Positions 28,391 through 32,156 of a stretch of 32,156 nucleotides of DNA are shown in pieces. This DNA comes from Parachlamydiales bacterium. GTDB taxonomy: Bacteria > Chlamydiota > Chlamydiia > Chlamydiales > JAJFMK01. The notes under the pieces were generated by a model. It was not told the DNA's origin. It did no database searches and saw only the letters and a program-made list of their open reading frames with translations. The DNA lies in assembly GCA_020050175.1 (NCBI GenBank), contig JAGVKY010000150.1, positions 1 through 32,156 of the forward strand. The letters are read 5' to 3'. How positions within the stretch are numbered: position 1 is the stretch's first letter; every line of letters starts with the position of its first letter. The position numbers and the translations under genes were made by a program.

Positions 28391-30024
28391 TGGCACTCTT
28401 TCTTCCTGTTATCGGTTTTACCGGAGAGACTGACCGCCTGAAAAAAGAGGGCGAAGCCTTTGGAAAAGAAAGTGTTTCTCAAGGTTTGAAATACGCCAAA
28501 GAGATCAACCCCGAGGATCTACTCCCTCTAGAAGATCGTGGCAAAAAATTTGATCCCAAGATCGCAAGAGAGCAGGTCAGCAAACAAGAGGTTCGGGATA
28601 GCGAGGCCTTTTCTTTCATCAGGGATAAAAAAGTTTTAGAGAATATCTCTAAAAACGTAGAAGAGGTTCTCTTTTCTGATTCAGACAAAGCCATTGAAAA
28701 ATCAAACAAGGGCCTCCTCGAATTTACAGAGGAGAGAGAGGAAACGCTTGAAACATGCTTTGAAGAAGATAGCCCTTACCGATTCACCGCCGATAAGGAA
28801 CTTCGTGTCCAAGTCAAATCCTCCCCTAAGAAGGTCGAAGTCATTAAAGTTTGCGATGGCCATGAATCGAAAAAAAGCCATTTCTGGAAATCTCTAGCCG
28901 AAGAAGACGCGGAGAAACAAAAAGCCCGCTTTAAACAAGATTCTACGATCAAAAGCTATGAGGTTAAGATCAGAAATGGCGGAGTCCTTTCCGATTATGA
29001 AGTCGTTTCGAAATGGACCCATAAAGATAATACAAAAGGATGCAATGCCTTTACGGAAAAGCGCCTTACAACTTCCCCAAAGAAGGAGGAAGAAATCGAT
29101 GAATGGATCTCCCTCTCTCAAAATCCTGGTATTGAGGAGCTCGACTCTACCCTCTTAAATGTAGAGTGCATAGAGCTTGAAGCTTCCAAACAAATTAACG
29201 GAAAGGAAGTTCATCGGCAGTGTTGGAAAAAAAGGTTCCATTACCTAGCAAGACACCCACATAAAAAGGGATGCGAGTTTTTAAAATACAAAAACTGCCT
29301 CCAAACAAAGAAAACCTGTGTCCAGCCCTCTGAATGGGGCTGTTCGCTTTGGGAACTTACTTACCGTTGCTCCTCCAAGGTCATCAAGAAAACCACCTCC
29401 CTCAACCAGGAGGACCTTTATGGCCAAGAGGGGTGGGATACTTCTTACGCTCCCAACTCTTCGCTCCCTGAGGTAACCACTAAACTAAAAGTCTTTGAAG
29501 AGATGAAAAATGAACTGGAAAAATACAACATTTCCGACGCAACAAAGGTTCAGATCTTCTCCGGAAAAAAAGGCAAGTGCAGCAAAAGCACAGCTAACGA
29601 TCTTCTCTATGACTGCTGTTTTTCCTTCCATGGCCTCGCAAAAGACATCCAATTAAGCAAATGCTCCGCTGACGAACTCGCTCTTTCAGAAATGAGAGAG
29701 AAAGGGCTTTGCCACTACATCGGCTCTTACGACGAGAAATTTCTAGAACTTTGGAAAAGCCGAGAGGAGCATGTTTTCTGCTGCTTCCCATCTAAGCTTT
29801 CTAGAGTTTTTCAAGAAAAATCGAGAGAACAGCTAAAAATCTCCTGGGGAGAACCTGAAACCCCCAATTGCCGCGGCCTCTCTCAAGAGGAAATTGGAAG
29901 GCTAAACTTTTCTACCATGGATCTTTCTGAGGCCTTTGATCCACCCTCTCAACATGACTTTTCTGAGAAAATTCAACACATCGAAGAGAGATTAAAAGCT
30001 CGTTTAGCTGAGGAGCACTCATGA
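28387..30024 (+). CDS. traN: Mating-pair stabilisation protein TraN
   Basis: It is a large, Cys-rich secreted protein; the C-terminal half carries many Cys residues, including CSKSTANDLLYDCCF and VFCCFPSKLSRV. I prefer the ATG at 28387 (ATGA overlap with traU), which is followed by a hydrophobic signal segment. Confidence 0.85.
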   Translation: MMALFLPVIGFTGETDRLKKEGEAFGKESVSQGLKYAKEINPEDLLPLEDRGKKFDPKIAREQVSKQEVRDSEAFSFIRDKKVLENISKNVEEVLFSDSDKAIEKSNKGLLEFTEEREETLETCFEEDSPYRFTADKELRVQVKSSPKKVEVIKVCDGHESKKSHFWKSLAEEDAEKQKARFKQDSTIKSYEVKIRNGGVLSDYEVVSKWTHKDNTKGCNAFTEKRLTTSPKKEEEIDEWISLSQNPGIEELDSTLLNVECIELEASKQINGKEVHRQCWKKRFHYLARHPHKKGCEFLKYKNCLQTKKTCVQPSEWGCSLWELTYRCSSKVIKKTTSLNQEDLYGQEGWDTSYAPNSSLPEVTTKLKVFEEMKNELEKYNISDATKVQIFSGKKGKCSKSTANDLLYDCCFSFHGLAKDIQLSKCSADELALSEMREKGLCHYIGSYDEKFLELWKSREEHVFCCFPSKLSRVFQEKSREQLKISWGEPETPNCRGLSQEEIGRLNFSTMDLSEAFDPPSQHDFSEKIQHIEERLKARLAEEHS

Positions 30025-31106
30025 CTCCGACCAAATTAATCTCATTCGAGAGCTTCGAAATGTGTAACAGTTGCACATTTGAGTTTACGCAAAAGTCCCA
30101 CAGGTTGTGGGACAAATTAGGGCCAACCCCTACCGGGACAGAATCTTATAGAGACATTGCATTAGTGCAGCAGCTTGCTGCACTAATGCAGCGGAGCTAC
30201 AGGGGACAAGATTCCACAATAGTACAGGAGAAATTAGTGCCCCCGGCAGTGGCACAATTAAGAGAATTTATCTGGGTCTTTAGCCCCATTTCTTTTCGAA
30301 AATCCGAACAGGATGAAAAAGTCGCACCAGCAGTGCGACAAATTGAAGCCACAATCATCTATTTTGTAAAAGCCCTTGCTCTGTCTATTTTATTCCTTTC
30401 TTGCTCTCTAGATGCTGGCTGGCACGACAGAAAGGCTGAAGGGTGGGCTTGGTACGAGGACAAGCCTCAAAAAGAAACAGTAAAAGAATCGAGGGAAACA
30501 CGAGAAACTTCAGAAACAGCCCTCGAAAGACTCTCTACAATTAAGAAAGATCTTGAGGAGAAACTTGCCATAGCCGTTTTAGAGCCCTCAGAAGAAAACA
30601 TCGAAGCCTACATGGAGGAACAAAGAAAGTGGTTTGACCAATCTTCGAAATTCTCTAAAACTTGGTCCAAGCTTCTTCTATTACGCCCCGACCTTGACCC
30701 GACAGCTACTCAGTTCCCTGTTTCACAGTACGGATCACAGCTTCAAAAAAGATTAAGTGCAGAAGACACAAAAAATCTGATTCTCAATCTCGCCAAAGAC
30801 AATGGCCTTTTCTTTTTCTACGAAGGGAACAGCAAGGTCTCCCAAGCTTTTGCCAAAGTCATCCGAGAATTTTCTAAACGCTATTCCTGGGAAATTGTAC
30901 CTATCTCTGTTGATGGAACCCTTCTGGAGGGATTTCCCGATTCAAAACTTGATAACGGCATTTCTAACCAATTTGGAATCACGGTTTTTCCAGCTTTGTT
31001 TGTGATTAACCCATCATCTAAGACAGCTACACCCATCTCTTACGGTCTTGTTTCTCTGGACCAAATTGAGAGCAATTTCACCCTGCAATTTAAGGAGAGA
31101 GAATGA
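30021..31106 (+). CDS. traF: TraF (thioredoxin-fold, lacking CXXC) with an anomalous roughly 115-aa N-terminal extension
   Basis: From about residue 115 it matches TraF: a signal-like ALALSILFLSCSLDA, then EGWAWYED, and a C-terminal GLFFFYEGNSKVSQAF...VPISVDG...FPALFVINP. There is no canonical start codon just upstream of the signal-like segment. The upstream open frame runs through the palindrome cluster. Confidence 0.75.
   Translation: MTPTKLISFESFEMCNSCTFEFTQKSHRLWDKLGPTPTGTESYRDIALVQQLAALMQRSYRGQDSTIVQEKLVPPAVAQLREFIWVFSPISFRKSEQDEKVAPAVRQIEATIIYFVKALALSILFLSCSLDAGWHDRKAEGWAWYEDKPQKETVKESRETRETSETALERLSTIKKDLEEKLAIAVLEPSEENIEAYMEEQRKWFDQSSKFSKTWSKLLLLRPDLDPTATQFPVSQYGSQLQKRLSAEDTKNLILNLAKDNGLFFFYEGNSKVSQAFAKVIREFSKRYSWEIVPISVDGTLLEGFPDSKLDNGISNQFGITVFPALFVINPSSKTATPISYGLVSLDQIESNFTLQFKERE
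30058..30339. repeat. Cluster of five related palindromic stem-loops (GTGC/GCAC-type cores) plus three GGGACA-RR-AT direct repeats
   Basis: All were checked by hand.
- H0: 30058..30080, 10-bp stem with one G:T, loop CAG.
- H1: 30095..30113, 8-bp stem, loop GGT.
- H2: 30158..30190, perfect 15-bp stem, loop GCT.
- H3: 30232..30259, 4+5 bp stem with one bulge, 9-nt loop.
- H4: 30321..30339, 7-bp stem, loop CAGCA.
- Direct repeats are at 30109..30118, 30135..30144 and 30203..30212. Confidence 0.8.
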
Positions 31107-32083
31107 GCAAGAAATTAACCATCCTATCTCTGTTGCTCCTTCCCTCGTTGCTTGTAGGGGACCTAAAAAAGGATCTAAACAAGTTTTTTGACTCTATGGG
31201 CAGCACATCAAATGTGAGTTCTGCGGATATCTATAATGGCCAAAAAGCCGGCTATGCCACAGGGGGAAGCCTTACAGTTCGAAATCCCTCCCTTAACACA
31301 AAGGTGGCAACAGTCAATCTTCCTCAAATAGATGCGGGTTGCGGGGGAATCGATATCTACACAGGGGGCTTCTCTTTCATCAATAGCGATCAACTTATTT
31401 CAACCCTGAAAAGCATAGGCTCTAGCTCCGCAGGCTATGCCTTCCTTTTAGGTCTTGAAACAGTATCTCCCCAGATGGCCAATACAATCCGGCAACTTCA
31501 AAGCTGGGCCAATACGATCAATAGCATCGGAATTAATAGTTGTGAAACGGCAGCCACCCTAGTGGGCTCCGTTTGGCCGCGTAATGAGATGGCAAGTCAG
31601 CATATCTGTAGAACAGCGGCGACAGAAGGGGGAATCTTTTCTGACCATATCAAGAGTAGGCATGGGTGCAAAATTCCTGAAGATCAAGAAAATGTATTGA
31701 AAGGAGTATCAAATTCTAATCCCCTCCTTCTCATAGGGAACACAAATCTTGCATGGAAGGCCATCCAACGGCAGAAATTCTTCCAAGAAAACAAAAACCT
31801 TGCCGAACTTTTCATGACGATTACGGGAACACTTGTCCAAATTGAAAATGAAAAAGGACGGTCAGTCAAAACTTTCCCTTCAAAAATTAGAGATACTTCT
31901 TTTCTAAGATCAATTTTGGAAGGGGGAAACGCGATCGTTTACAAATGTAAAGATGCAGAGCAGTGCTTAATTGTTGAAGAAAAAGAAGTATTTATCTCTG
32001 AAAATGAATCTTGGGGAGGAAAAATTAAAAATATTCTCCTTTCAATTCAGGACAAAATAATTGATGACGGCGTTGTTGCATAA
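31103..32083 (+). pseudogene. traH: TraH, 3'-truncated by the inverted repeat
   Basis: It shows the TraH pattern: MN..FF..MG, QKAGYATGGSLTVRNP, LPQIDAGCGGIDIYTGGFSFINSDQLI and NSCE. It is only 326 aa, against about 450 aa for typical TraH. The frame enters the repeat at codon 323 (32069) and stops 4 codons later. Confidence 0.85.
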
Positions 32084-32156
32084 GTCCCTCTAGGCAGTTG
32101 TGAAGGCAGAGAAAAGAGCGGAAGTATGTTGAGGGAAATAAAAAGTTGAGGCAACC
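32069..32156. repeat. Right copy of the perfect 88-bp inverted repeat; the partner is at 9..96
   Basis: It is the exact reverse complement of 9..96. The match reaches the last base of the window, so the true repeat length is unknown. Confidence 0.95.

Noticed and set aside
30058-30339. A CRISPR array as the interpretation of the repeated hairpins
   Set aside because: The palindromes differ in sequence and length (19 to 33 nt), the spacing is irregular, there are no identical direct repeats of 24 to 40 nt, and no cas genes are present.
30481-30520. A short low-complexity repeat (gaaaca / SRETRETSET) in traF
   Set aside because: It is a charged linker-type low-complexity segment within the coding region of TraF. 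It is not a structured DNA repeat.

Overview
The window holds two back-to-back gene modules, and a perfect 88-bp inverted repeat (9..96 vs 32069..32156) brackets both and truncates the outermost gene on each side.

**Left module (minus strand, about 62..17666).** This is a nearly gap-free co-directional gene string.
- A complete N-type (atypical F-type) ATPase operon in the diagnostic order atpD-C-Q-R-B-E-F-A-G.
- This runs directly into a CusCBA-like tripartite heavy-metal RND efflux system.
- Next come a phosphoketolase, a His-rich DUF2231-like membrane protein and an alpha-glucan phosphorylase interrupted by one in-frame TAG.
- The string ends in a truncated ATP-cone ORF.

**Right module (plus strand, 18630..32083).** This is a translationally coupled F-type (MPF-F, trh/SXT-like order) conjugative mating-pair-formation operon.
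- Gene order is a traA-like pilin, traL, traE, traK, traB, an unknown ORF, a DsbA-like CPHC oxidoreductase, traV, traC, an S26 peptidase, traW, trbC, traU, traN, traF and a truncated traH.
- No coupling protein, relaxase or traG is present in the window.

**Junction (17667..18629).**
- A 12-codon Rossmann-fold gene remnant.
- A divergent TraY-like tandem ribbon-helix-helix gene broken by an in-frame TAA.
- An AT-rich candidate promoter/oriT region.

**Other structure.** A dense cluster of five related palindromic stem-loops and three short direct repeats lies in the traN-traF junction, inside an open frame fused to traF.

Overall this looks like a decaying, repeat-bounded mobile island whose cargo is an ATP-driven ion pump fused to a metal efflux pump and carbon-catabolic genes. 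I cannot assign the host taxon from the sequence alone.
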